Below are positions 38,753 to 48,520 of a stretch of 64,000 nucleotides of DNA, in pieces. Within the stretch, counting starts at the first letter, position 1. The number at the start of each line of letters is the position of its first letter. The position numbers and the translations under genes were made by a program. The notes under the pieces are model-generated. The model saw only the letters and a program-made list of their open reading frames with translations. It did not search any database and had not been told where the DNA came from. Source of the stretch: an uncultured delta proteobacterium (GTDB taxonomy: Bacteria > Desulfobacterota > Desulfobacteria > Desulfobacterales > B30-G6); assembly GCA_963823335.1 (NCBI GenBank), contig CAWGLD010000001.1, positions 1,536,001-1,600,000 on the forward strand. The letters are read 5' to 3'.

Positions 38753-40132
38753 ATGACAATGTACAATACCGCAATAAAAATCAGCGAAAATTCAAGCTCT
38801 TACATACAAAATATATCACAAATGATAAAAAGAAAATACCCTTGGGAAAGAGAGTATATTCAGGCTGTCGATGAGATTCTTTCTTCCTTGAGTCTGGTGT
38901 TTGATCAGGAACCCCTCTATCAGCACGAGCGTATCCTGGAAAGGATAGTCGAACCCGAGCGGATCGTCATTTTCCGGGTGCCTTGGCGAGATGATACCGG
39001 TACCATTCAGGTGAACACCGGGTATCGGATAGGGTTTAACAGCGCACTCGGACCCTACAAAGGCGGCTTGCGCTTTCACGCTTCGGTGACACTGAGCATA
39101 TTGAAATTTCTCGGTTTTGAGCAGGTGTTTAAAAATGCCCTGACCGGTTTGCCTCTGGGTGGCGGGAAAGGCGGCAGCGATTTCAGTCCCCGTGGTAAAA
39201 CCGATGTTGAAATCGAAAAATTCTGTCAGAGCTTTATGGTTGGGCTGTACCAGCATATTGGTCCCAATACCGATGTGCCTGCTGGTGATATCGGTGTAGG
39301 GGCCCGGGAAATAGGATACTTGTTTGGTCATTATAAACGGATTAAAAATGTATTTGAAGGCGTGTTGACCGGAAAAGGCGTCGACTGGGGTGGTTCTGTT
39401 ATTCGACCGGAAGCCACAGGATACGGTGCCGTATATTTTGCAGAAGAAATGCTGAAGACGCGCAAAGAAAACATGGAAGGTAAAAGAGTGGCAGTCTCAG
39501 GATTTGGAAATGTCGCCTGGGGTGTCGTCAAAAAAATTACGGGATTGGGAGCCAAGGTCATCACGCTTTCCGGTCCGGACGGGTTTATCTATGACAAAGA
39601 TGGTGTCCAGGGTGAAAAGATCGATTATCTGTTGACAATGCGTTCCAGCGGCCGCGACCGGGTGCAGGACTATTCCGATAAGTTTAAGGTTGATTTTTTC
39701 CCGGGCAAACGCCCCTGGGATGTCGACTGCGATATCGCCTTTCCTGCTGCTTGTGAAAATGAGATGGATGTCCAGGATGCCAAGGCTCTTGTCCGCAATG
39801 GGTGCATGTGCGTTACCGAGTGCGCCAATATGCCATTGACCCCGGAGGCTATCGCATTCTTAATTGAAAACAACATTCTCTACTCTCCCGGAAAAGCATC
39901 CAATGCCGGTGGTGTTTCCTGTTCCGGATTTGAAATGGCGCAAAACAGCACCAAAATAAAGTGGACAGAGGAAGAAGTCGATCAAAGATTGCGGCAAGTG
40001 ATGACCGACATCCACCGGAACTGCCTGCAGGCGGCTGAAAGGTATGGCGAGCCAGGCAATTATTTCTCCGGGGCAAATATTGCGGGATTTTTGAAAGTGG
40101 CAAATGCGATGATCGACCAGGGCAACACGTGA
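38753..40132 (+). CDS. gdhA: NADP-specific glutamate dehydrogenase
   Basis: GPYKGGLRFH, GGGKGGSDF, DVPAGDIGVG, RPEATGYG, PGKASNAGGV, GANIAGF.KVA. Confidence 0.96.
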   Translation: MTMYNTAIKISENSSSYIQNISQMIKRKYPWEREYIQAVDEILSSLSLVFDQEPLYQHERILERIVEPERIVIFRVPWRDDTGTIQVNTGYRIGFNSALGPYKGGLRFHASVTLSILKFLGFEQVFKNALTGLPLGGGKGGSDFSPRGKTDVEIEKFCQSFMVGLYQHIGPNTDVPAGDIGVGAREIGYLFGHYKRIKNVFEGVLTGKGVDWGGSVIRPEATGYGAVYFAEEMLKTRKENMEGKRVAVSGFGNVAWGVVKKITGLGAKVITLSGPDGFIYDKDGVQGEKIDYLLTMRSSGRDRVQDYSDKFKVDFFPGKRPWDVDCDIAFPAACENEMDVQDAKALVRNGCMCVTECANMPLTPEAIAFLIENNILYSPGKASNAGGVSCSGFEMAQNSTKIKWTEEEVDQRLRQVMTDIHRNCLQAAERYGEPGNYFSGANIAGFLKVANAMIDQGNT

Positions 40133-40218
40133 TCTTAATACATGAACCATCGGATTTTTGGCAGAAACCCGGTCACTTTTAACATTGACAATGGCCAGGC
40201 TAAGTGCCAAAAGCCCCT

Positions 40219-41400
40219 ATGGCAAATCCTAAATCAAGAACCCATTGGAAAATTATCATCGCCCTCAGTCTGGTGCATTTCAGTGGGGATTTCTACAGTT
40301 CTTTCATCAACCCGCTGTTTCCCGTGTTTATGGACAGGATGGGGCTGAGTCTGACCCAGGTGGGTCTTCTGGCCGGGGTTTCCCGTTTCTTGATGTTCAT
40401 TGTACAGCCCATGTCCGGCTATTGGTCGGATCGCCATCCCTCGCGCAGTTTTCTTTTGATCGGGTTGCTCATGCCTATCCTTTTCATTCCTTTGACGGGA
40501 ATGACAACCGGTTTTTACAGTTTGCTTTTGTGTATTGTCATCGGCTCTACAGGGTCTTCCCTGTTTCATCCGCCGGTCACGGGTATGGTGCCCGTGTATG
40601 CCGGTGGAAAACTCGGACTGGCCATGTCCATTTATAACACCGCCGGCACCCTGGCTTTTGGGGTGGGGCCCATCTTTATCACGTTGTACGTGGCCCGGTT
40701 CGGTCTTGGCGCGATGCCGGCGACCATGGTCATGGGCCTTATAATCTGGATGTATTTCTATCGGGTCATTCCCAAACCCCAGGGAAACGACATGGCCCAA
40801 TATGGCTTTCTGGAGACCCTCAGACAGACCCTGGGCAGTGTCTGGCAGCCGATCCTGTTGATCTGGATTGCAATGGTTTTGCGATCGGTGGTGGGTCAGT
40901 CCCTGATGACCTTCATGCCGGTGATCTGGGTGCAGAAAGGACATAGCATCGTTTCCGCCGGTATTCTCTTTTCCATCTTTACCATTTCAGGGACGGCGGC
41001 CGGCATCCTCTGTGGTCATCTTTCGGACCGTATGGGATACAAACGCCTGTTGTGGATTACCCACGGTCTCATGACGCCCTTTCTACTCCTGTTTTTGCTG
41101 GTTCCCGGCAACTGGATTTATCCGGCCACGATATTGGCCGGCGGATTCAATATGGCGTCACTGCCCCTTGGTGTGGTGATGGCCCAGAAAATCGCCCCCA
41201 GGGGCCGCTCCATGGTCGCCAGTCTGATGATGGGCCTGGCCTTTGGAATCGGTGGGGTTCTTTCCCCCATCGTCGGTAAGTTGGGTGACATCTTTTCCAT
41301 TCATAGTGTACTCCTGATTATTGTCTGCATTCCCCTTATTTCTCTGATTCCAATTTATTTTATTCCTGAGGTAGGGAATTACACGGATCAACAATCCTAA
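40219..41400 (+). CDS. MFS transporter (Fsr-like)
   Basis: About 12 TM helices; HF..D.Y, QP.SGYWSDR, SLFHP, GHLSDRMG. Confidence 0.9.
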   Translation: MANPKSRTHWKIIIALSLVHFSGDFYSSFINPLFPVFMDRMGLSLTQVGLLAGVSRFLMFIVQPMSGYWSDRHPSRSFLLIGLLMPILFIPLTGMTTGFYSLLLCIVIGSTGSSLFHPPVTGMVPVYAGGKLGLAMSIYNTAGTLAFGVGPIFITLYVARFGLGAMPATMVMGLIIWMYFYRVIPKPQGNDMAQYGFLETLRQTLGSVWQPILLIWIAMVLRSVVGQSLMTFMPVIWVQKGHSIVSAGILFSIFTISGTAAGILCGHLSDRMGYKRLLWITHGLMTPFLLLFLLVPGNWIYPATILAGGFNMASLPLGVVMAQKIAPRGRSMVASLMMGLAFGIGGVLSPIVGKLGDIFSIHSVLLIIVCIPLISLIPIYFIPEVGNYTDQQS

Positions 41401-41618
41401 CACGCCACATCAACAGTCGGCACTATGCCAAAAAAAAGCTTTCGATTTTCAGATTAGTAGCCCAAAAACGTCATTACGTGTACTAACTTTTTGTCCAGTT
41501 TAAATTCACTAAAAATGATCCTCATATAGCCCATAAGCATCTTTAAAGGTCTATGTGCGGACCAAAATCTTCTTGACAAGCTGGTAAATATTTAATATCT
41601 CTGGTTCACATAAAGATC

Positions 41619-41640
41619 ATAAGCCCGATTTATGGCTTAT
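41619..41640. promoter_or_regulatory. Palindrome ATAAGCC-N8-GGCTTAT; candidate antitoxin operator
   Basis: Perfect 7-bp arms with an 8-bp spacer just upstream of the HTH gene's RBS. Confidence 0.5.
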
Positions 41641-41661
41641 ATACAAACCAAAAGGAAAACT

Positions 41662-42000
41662 ATGCCAAGGTCCATTATACGCACCTACTCACGCTATAAC
41701 CGTGATGCGGCTGCCTTGCTCGGCTCGTTGATCCGCGAAGCACGACATGAGCGCAAACTAACGACTCAGGAATTGTCCAACCGCGCTGGTATTTCCAGAG
41801 GACTGCTGCAACGCATCGAAAAAGGCAATCTTAAGTGCGAAATCGGAGCCGTGTTCGAGGTGGCAACCATCGTTGGCGTCAAGCTGTTTGATGCCGATGA
41901 AAGTACGTTGACGAAATACATACGGCAAACCAAGGAAAAGCTGACACTCCTGCCAAAGTCTGTTCGAAATAAATCCAAAGTGGTGCGCGATGATTTCTAA
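41662..42000 (+). CDS. XRE/HTH antitoxin (HipB-like)
   Basis: IREARHERKLTTQELSNRAGISRGLLQRIEKG; overlaps the downstream HipA-family gene. Confidence 0.88.
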   Translation: MPRSIIRTYSRYNRDAAALLGSLIREARHERKLTTQELSNRAGISRGLLQRIEKGNLKCEIGAVFEVATIVGVKLFDADESTLTKYIRQTKEKLTLLPKSVRNKSKVVRDDF

Positions 42001-43249
42001 AACGGAGAAAGAAGCCTTTGTCTGGATATGGCTGCCTGACAAAACCGAACCTATCGTGGCTGGACGGCTTGAAGCTGATAACGGCAATGTTCTGTTCAAC
42101 TACGGTAAAAGCTACCTGAATCGTACTGGTGATAGCAAACCTGCGATTGCGATTTACGAACCCGAATTGCCGCTTAAGACAGGGATGCTTCCCTTACCCG
42201 AGGGCTTGGCTATGCCCGGCTGTATCAGGGATGCCGCGCCCGATGCATGGGGCCGGCGTGTGATTATCAACAAAAAGTTGGGGTTGAAGGGCTCAAGCAC
42301 AGATACAGCCGAACTGGATGAACTGACCTACCTGCTGGAGTCAGGCTCGGACCGGATCGGTGCGCTTGATTTTCAGCGTTCCCCTACAGAGTACGTGCCG
42401 CGTACAGCTACTAACGTCAATATTAAAGAATTGATTGAATCCGCAGAACGGGTTGAAAAAGGAGTGGCCCTAACGCCGGAACTGGATCAGGCGTTGTTCC
42501 ATGGCAGTTCTATCGGCGGTGCTCGTCCTAAAGCCTTAATTCAAGAGCAAGACAAAAAATACGTGGCCAAATTCTCATCCAACACAGATCTGTACAGTGT
42601 TGTTAAAGCTGAATTCATCGCAATGCGGTTAGCTAAATTGGCCGGGCTGAATGTTGCGCCGGTAAAGCTGGCTAAAGCGGCAAACAAAGATGTGCTCTTG
42701 ATCGAGCGCTTTGACCGTGTGCCAAAAGGTGAAAAGTGGGCACGAAAAGCCATGGTCTCTGCTCTAACTCTGCTTCAGTTAGATGACATGATGGCACGGT
42801 ACGCCAGCTATGAAGAATTATCAGAAATTATCCGCCACCGTTTTACCGATCCGAAGCATACGCTGAAAGAGTTTTTCTCTCGGCTCGTCTTCAATATTCT
42901 GTGCGGCAATACCGACGATCATGCGCGAAACCATGCGGCGTTTTGGGACGGCAAAGCACTTACCCTGACGCCTGCTTATGATATTTGTCCGCAAGGTCGC
43001 ACAGGCAATGAAGCCTCACAAGCCATGCTCATATCTGGCGACAACAATCTGAGCCAACTCAAAACGTGCCTTGAGACCGCGCACAACTTCCTTCTTTCTG
43101 CGGAAGAAGCCCGTGAAACATTCGGTAACCTGACTGCCACTATCGAAAAGCATTGGGAAACCGTCTGTGAAGAAGCTGAGTTGAATGAAGTGGACAAGAA
43201 CCTTCTTTGGAGACGGCAGTTTCTAAACCCCTATTCGCTTGAGCAATAG
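41990..43249 (+). CDS. hipA: HipA-family toxin kinase
   Basis: DAAPDAWGR, SIGGARPK, AKF, LLIERFDR, GNTDDHARN, LTPAYD. Confidence 0.93.
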   Translation: MISKTEKEAFVWIWLPDKTEPIVAGRLEADNGNVLFNYGKSYLNRTGDSKPAIAIYEPELPLKTGMLPLPEGLAMPGCIRDAAPDAWGRRVIINKKLGLKGSSTDTAELDELTYLLESGSDRIGALDFQRSPTEYVPRTATNVNIKELIESAERVEKGVALTPELDQALFHGSSIGGARPKALIQEQDKKYVAKFSSNTDLYSVVKAEFIAMRLAKLAGLNVAPVKLAKAANKDVLLIERFDRVPKGEKWARKAMVSALTLLQLDDMMARYASYEELSEIIRHRFTDPKHTLKEFFSRLVFNILCGNTDDHARNHAAFWDGKALTLTPAYDICPQGRTGNEASQAMLISGDNNLSQLKTCLETAHNFLLSAEEARETFGNLTATIEKHWETVCEEAELNEVDKNLLWRRQFLNPYSLEQ

Positions 43250-43370
43250 GAATCATCTTTGAAAAAATGGGGTCCGTTCTTAACTCTTTTCCGTGAAATG
43301 AAAATCCCGGTACTTTCGGTAAATAATAATGGGAATTGACTTTATAATCGTGCAAAAGGTATTTACTGCC

Positions 43371-44879
43371 ATGAGACTCTCGATGAAGGCTAACTCCAAT
43401 CCGATATTACGCCTTGCCTTGGTTCTCGCTCTGCTCATCCTATTACCTAGTAACACTATTTTTGCGCAAACCGTCCGCAAACCAGTCTGGGCCGGGCAGT
43501 TCTATGAAGATAATCCTTCCGAGCTGGGACGGAACATCGATCAACTCATCAGAGACGCACGGAAAACCAGTCTTCAACTTCCCAAAAACAAACGCCTTAG
43601 AGCGATTGTTATGCCCCATGCCGGCTATATATACTCGGGATGGACCGCAGCTCACGCAGCCCGGGTTTTATCGGCCGGTCAATTTTCCAAGGTAATCCTG
43701 CTGGGCCCCGATCATCGTGTGGGCTTCAAAAGCGCAGCCGTCTGCGACGTCACTGCCTATGAAACCCCCCTGGGAAAAATCGATCTTCACGAAGATGTCG
43801 CGAAATTGCGTCTGCAGCCGGAGCTGTTTCAGTCCTGGCCGGTATTCCAGGACAAAGAACATTCACTGGAAGTGATCCTGCCTTTTTTACAACGCAGCCT
43901 CGATACGTTTCAACTGGTACCGGTTATGATCGGTCAGGCGGACGTGCCACGAATATCAAGGGCCCTGGAATCGATTATTGACAACGCTACCCTGCTGGTG
44001 GTCAGTTCTGATCTTTCGCATTTTCTTCCCTATGCAGATGCGGTTGTCAGGGACCGCGAAACCATTGACGAAATCATAAACCTGAAGCCGGATAAGCTGA
44101 TCAATAGGGACAACAGGGCCTGCGGAAAGGTTCCGCTTTTAATTTTAACGGAAATGGCCCGGCATAATGACTGGCAGCCGCTGCTTCTCCACTATGCCAA
44201 CAGTGGCGACACGGCGGGTGATCGATCACGGGTAGTGGGATATGCCGCCCTGGCCTTTTTTGAAGAGCGATCCATGGAAAACAAAGGGAATGCCGGTATG
44301 CAATTCACTGAAGCGCAGGGGCAGGTTCTGGTGAAACTGGCCCGCAAAACCATTCTGGACAAACTGGGACTCGATGACGCCGAGCCCGCTTCCGAAGACC
44401 TGTTTTTAGCCCTGAAAGATGACTACTTTGGATTAAAGCGCGGAACGTTTGTCACACTCAAGATGAAGGGGCAATTGCGAGGCTGTATCGGCAACCTGAC
44501 CTCCACGGAAACCGTTATAGAAGGTGTCCAGCGCAATGCAATCAACGCGGCTTTTCATGATCCCCGCTTTGCTCCTCTGGCAAAAGAGGAACTGGGACGG
44601 ACAGAAATAGAAGTCAGTATATTGACGGAGCCTCAGCCACTTGTGTACAGGGATTGGCAGGATCTGATCAAAAATCTTCGTGTCCATGTTGACGGGGTCA
44701 TCATTCGCAAAGGACATGCCAGCGCCACTTTTTTACCCCAGGTATGGGAACAATTACCCAGACCTGAAGAATTTCTTGCCCATCTGTGCATCAAGGCCGG
44801 CTTGTCATCCCAGGCCTGGAAAAATTCAGAATTGCAAGTTTTGACTTACCAGGTTCAATATTTTGAAGAGAACCGATGA
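43371..44879 (+). CDS. amrB: AmmeMemoRadiSam protein B (MEMO1-like) fused to protein A (AMMECR1), with an N-terminal signal peptide
   Basis: VRKP..AGQFY, PHAGYIYSG, LGPDH, EHSLEV, SSDLSH, ACG, NSGD...VVGY; then FVTL...LRGCIG, DPRF, EVSIL, ATFLPQVW, LC.KAG. Start 43371 or 43383. Confidence 0.93.
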   Translation: MRLSMKANSNPILRLALVLALLILLPSNTIFAQTVRKPVWAGQFYEDNPSELGRNIDQLIRDARKTSLQLPKNKRLRAIVMPHAGYIYSGWTAAHAARVLSAGQFSKVILLGPDHRVGFKSAAVCDVTAYETPLGKIDLHEDVAKLRLQPELFQSWPVFQDKEHSLEVILPFLQRSLDTFQLVPVMIGQADVPRISRALESIIDNATLLVVSSDLSHFLPYADAVVRDRETIDEIINLKPDKLINRDNRACGKVPLLILTEMARHNDWQPLLLHYANSGDTAGDRSRVVGYAALAFFEERSMENKGNAGMQFTEAQGQVLVKLARKTILDKLGLDDAEPASEDLFLALKDDYFGLKRGTFVTLKMKGQLRGCIGNLTSTETVIEGVQRNAINAAFHDPRFAPLAKEELGRTEIEVSILTEPQPLVYRDWQDLIKNLRVHVDGVIIRKGHASATFLPQVWEQLPRPEEFLAHLCIKAGLSSQAWKNSELQVLTYQVQYFEENR

Positions 44880-46968
44880 TCGTGCCATAATTCGGGTGGT
44901 CATTGCCACGGGTGTTTCCTCTGTGGTTACCCAGTTATTAACCATTCGGGAATTTTTAACGCAATTCCAGGGCAATGAAATCGTGATCGCCCTGATTCTT
45001 TTCAACTGGCTGCTTTTGGGTGGCATCGGCACCCGGATGGCCCGGGTTATTGTCAAACACGCGCACAAACCCACGGCCGACATTCTGGCCCGGCTTTGCC
45101 TGGTTTTAAGTGCCCTTGCCCTTCTGCAAATTCTGGCGATTCGCCTGTTACGTGACATCATCTTTACCCAGGGAAGTTCGGTGGGATTCTATCCCACCTG
45201 GCTGTTCGGCCTCCTGACCATTGCCCCATACTGTCTGCTATTGGGCCTTGTGCTGCCGTACAGCCTTTTTGTTCTGCGTATTGACACGGCGGACTATCCC
45301 GGTGCCCGCATTTATCTTACCGACAACATCGGAGATATCTGTGGCGGTGTCTTATTCTCTTTTATCCTGGTTTTTCTGGTAAGCCCTCTGATGGCGCTGT
45401 TTCTGGCGCACCTGCCCTTGCTGGTGTCGAGCTATCTTCTTTTTGCTCCCTCCCGCAGAAACAATCCCCGCGTTTTAACTGCTGTCGTCTTTGTGGCCGT
45501 GCTTCTGGGGGGCGGCACCGGGCTTGAAAGCATTTCTCTGACGCCCGCTGAAGGCCGGCTGGTTTTCCATCGCGAAACCCGATACGGCCGAATTGCAGTC
45601 CATCAGGACCAGGACCAATTCACCTTGTTTGAGAACGGTGTGCCCATGTTCAGCAATCAGAACCTGAGCGCTGCGGAAGAAACGATTCACTACCCTTTAT
45701 CTCAGCTGGATGCCATTCAACATGTGTTGCTGATTTCGGCCGAAGGGGGTGTTATGAGCGAGCTGGAAAAATATCCCACGCAATCAGTCGATTACGTGGA
45801 GATGGATCCCGATGTTGCCGCAGTGAAATTTCGCTATGGGATGATTAAGCGGATCAGGGGCTTAAATGTTATTCATCAGGATGGCCGGGCTTATTTGTCT
45901 CGATCCAAAAAAAACTACGATGCCATTATTGTCAATCTGGCCGAACCCGACACATTTCAAGTCAATCGCTTTTACACGGATGTGTTTTTTAAAATGGCAA
46001 GTAAACACCTTGTACAGAACGGTGTGCTGAGTTTTTCCATGCAGGGGTTTGACGCCTATCTTGCGGAGCCCCAGCGTCAAAAATTATCCTCTCTTTACAA
46101 TACCGCCAGAACGTATTTCAAGCATGTGTTGCTGCTACCCGGCCGGAAGATAGTCTTTCTGTGCAGTGACGGTAGAATGAACACAGATATCCCGACTGCC
46201 CTGGAACAAAAAGGAATCGCCAGCGCATATCTCAGCGGATTTTTTTACGGCAATGTGTCACCTGAGAGAATCCATCGCTTGAACACGCTTTTGGATCCTT
46301 CAACACCTCGCAATGTTGATACCTCACCCTATTTGATGCGTTTGATGTTTTCCCAGTGGTTTGCAAAGTTTCAAACATCTCCGACCGGGTTTTTTGTCGT
46401 GATCGCTATTCTTTCTGCACTATACCTGTTTCGTGTTACCAGGGAGGAGTTTGTTCTGTTTTCAAGCGGGGCCATGACCATGGGCAGTGAAGTATTGGTT
46501 ATCTTTGCATTTCAAATTTATTTCGGCTATGTTTATCTTCAAATCGGAATCATTGTCACGCTGTTTTTAACCGGTCTGTTACCCGGTGCCTGGCTCGGTA
46601 ACCGGTTGTGCCACCAGGGCAAGCCGATCCTGGTTATGACCGACGTGTTCCTGATTGCTTCCCTGACGCTGTTTATTCTGGCCGTTTCAAATATTGGAGA
46701 CCGTCTTCCATTTGTTTTTTACCTGGCCTTCGGCTTTGTGGTATCGCTGGCCTGTGGTTTCCAATTTCCGGTGGCACTGTATCTCGGGGGCAGTGACAAC
46801 AAGGCTGCCACCCGCTCTTTTTCCGCGGATCTGATGGGGGCTGCCTGGGGTACCTTGTTGACCAGTGTCATTCTGATTCCCTATGCAGGGATTCTTTGGA
46901 CGGCGGGGGCTTTGATCGGCTTGAAAACGATCAGCTTGATTGTGATCGGCACGAGCAGGAGCCGTTGA
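44863..46968 (+). CDS. Polytopic membrane protein with an internal spermidine-synthase-like (SAM-binding) domain
   Basis: N- and C-terminal TM blocks around ETRYGRIAV, EETIHYP, VEMDP, DGRAYL, YDAIIVN, RFYT. Confidence 0.85.
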   Translation: MKRTDDRAIIRVVIATGVSSVVTQLLTIREFLTQFQGNEIVIALILFNWLLLGGIGTRMARVIVKHAHKPTADILARLCLVLSALALLQILAIRLLRDIIFTQGSSVGFYPTWLFGLLTIAPYCLLLGLVLPYSLFVLRIDTADYPGARIYLTDNIGDICGGVLFSFILVFLVSPLMALFLAHLPLLVSSYLLFAPSRRNNPRVLTAVVFVAVLLGGGTGLESISLTPAEGRLVFHRETRYGRIAVHQDQDQFTLFENGVPMFSNQNLSAAEETIHYPLSQLDAIQHVLLISAEGGVMSELEKYPTQSVDYVEMDPDVAAVKFRYGMIKRIRGLNVIHQDGRAYLSRSKKNYDAIIVNLAEPDTFQVNRFYTDVFFKMASKHLVQNGVLSFSMQGFDAYLAEPQRQKLSSLYNTARTYFKHVLLLPGRKIVFLCSDGRMNTDIPTALEQKGIASAYLSGFFYGNVSPERIHRLNTLLDPSTPRNVDTSPYLMRLMFSQWFAKFQTSPTGFFVVIAILSALYLFRVTREEFVLFSSGAMTMGSEVLVIFAFQIYFGYVYLQIGIIVTLFLTGLLPGAWLGNRLCHQGKPILVMTDVFLIASLTLFILAVSNIGDRLPFVFYLAFGFVVSLACGFQFPVALYLGGSDNKAATRSFSADLMGAAWGTLLTSVILIPYAGILWTAGALIGLKTISLIVIGTSRSR

Positions 46969-46996
46969 TAAACTCCCGGGGAGCACTTTATTCGCC

Positions 46997-48220
46997 ATGA
47001 ACAAATTATCCAGACGTCAGTTTATCTGTGGCAGCGCAGCCTGTTTCACAACGGCCATTGCTTTGCAATGTTTTGGTCCATTTGGACCTGATTTCTGTGC
47101 GGCCGATATCAACGGCGACATTCGCGGCAGTGTGTTTAAAGGCGATGCGCCTGAAAAGCTCTGGAAATGGTCTCATGAAGGCTTTCTATATAAAAAATTA
47201 AAAAACGATAAAGTGATCTGCGGTATCTGCCCCAACCGCTGCATCCTGGCACCGGGGGATCGCAGTATCTGCCGCTCCAGGGTTAACCTGGATGGCAGAT
47301 TATACAGCCTGGCCTATGGCAATCCCTGTTCGGTGAACACCGACCCCATTGAAAAAAAACCGCTCTACCATTTCAAACCGCACACAAGGGCTTTCTCTCT
47401 TGCCACCACCGGCTGCAATTTCCGCTGCCTGAACTGTCAGAACTGGGAAATATCCCAAGCCAAGCCCCATGAAGTAGCGCCTATCTACGACCTTTTTCCG
47501 GCTGATGTCATTGACGCCGCTAAGAAGGCCCAGGCCCGATCAATTGCCTACACGTACTCCGAGCCCAGCACTTTTTTTGAATACATGATCGATATTGCCC
47601 GTCTGGCCAGAAAATCAGGCCTGTATAACCTGTGGGTGTCCAATGCGTACATTAACACCGAGCCGCTTCTGGCGCTCTGCAAGGTTCTGGATTCGGCCAC
47701 ATTGAATATCAAGGCTTACAATGACGGAATTTACCGTAAACTTAACGGTGGCCGTTTGAAGCCCGTGTTGAACACGTTTAAGACCCTGCACGAACAGGGT
47801 GTTCATTTCGAAATGATCAATCTGGTGGTGCCCGGTTATACGGATGATGAGGACATGGTCAAAGCCATGTGCGGATGGATTTTAGAAAATATCGGCCCTG
47901 ATTATCCGCTGCATTTCCTGCGGTTTTTTCCGAGTTACAAATTGGACCGGCTGCCCCCGACCCCGGTGTCCACCTTGACCCGCTATCGGGAGCTGGCCAT
48001 GCAGCAGGGGATTCATTATGCCTATGTCGGCAACGTCGCCGGTCATGAAGGCAACAACACCTACTGTCATAACTGTAAGAAACTGCTGATCGAGCGACAG
48101 GGATATACCATTCCCAGCTATAACCTGGTTGGCAATCATTGCAAGTTCTGTGACACGCGCATTCCCGGGGTATGGCATGAGACGTCTTGGCCCAAAGAGC
48201 GACACGGTCGCGTCCTATAA
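46997..48220 (+). CDS. amrS: AmmeMemoRadiSam radical SAM enzyme with a twin-arginine-like leader
   Basis: SRRQFI leader; DPIEKKPLYHF; GCNFRCLNCQNWEISQ; IAYTYSEP; PLHFLRFFP.YKL; Y.GNV. Confidence 0.95.
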   Translation: MNKLSRRQFICGSAACFTTAIALQCFGPFGPDFCAADINGDIRGSVFKGDAPEKLWKWSHEGFLYKKLKNDKVICGICPNRCILAPGDRSICRSRVNLDGRLYSLAYGNPCSVNTDPIEKKPLYHFKPHTRAFSLATTGCNFRCLNCQNWEISQAKPHEVAPIYDLFPADVIDAAKKAQARSIAYTYSEPSTFFEYMIDIARLARKSGLYNLWVSNAYINTEPLLALCKVLDSATLNIKAYNDGIYRKLNGGRLKPVLNTFKTLHEQGVHFEMINLVVPGYTDDEDMVKAMCGWILENIGPDYPLHFLRFFPSYKLDRLPPTPVSTLTRYRELAMQQGIHYAYVGNVAGHEGNNTYCHNCKKLLIERQGYTIPSYNLVGNHCKFCDTRIPGVWHETSWPKERHGRVL

Positions 48221-48235
48221 AAACGTGAAACGATT

Positions 48236-48520
48236 TTATTCAAACTCGTAAATTTCGTACTGGGTTTCCTGCTCCAGCAATTGATCGATCTGTTTTTGAA
48301 TTTTCGCCCTTTCAGTACCCTGCAGCCAGGCATTCCAGTAATAGAGTGATTGCCATTTGGTGACCACCAGGCTTTCTTCGGGCTTGTCAACCCGTTTCAG
48401 GGTTTCCCCGGTGATATACCCCGGAACGCCCATGGTGATAGCTCGCAGCTGATTGATGAGTACCAGCAATGCTTCTTTTTTTTCTTCGGGCACGTTTCTC
48501 TTGATATGGACCCTGATCAT
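48236..48520 (-). CDS. Antibiotic biosynthesis monooxygenase (ABM)-domain protein
   Basis: PGYITGETL, LVVTKWQS...WNAW...ER; GGAGG RBS; ATGA coupling to the MMPL gene. Confidence 0.85.
   Translation of the reverse strand: MIRVHIKRNVPEEKKEALLVLINQLRAITMGVPGYITGETLKRVDKPEESLVVTKWQSLYYWNAWLQGTERAKIQKQIDQLLEQETQYEIYEFE

Noticed and set aside
41395-41460. attC-like start (CCTAAC...) after the MFS gene, before the TA module
   Set aside because: No complementary right arm or GTTRRRY end, and no integrase or other cassettes in the window.
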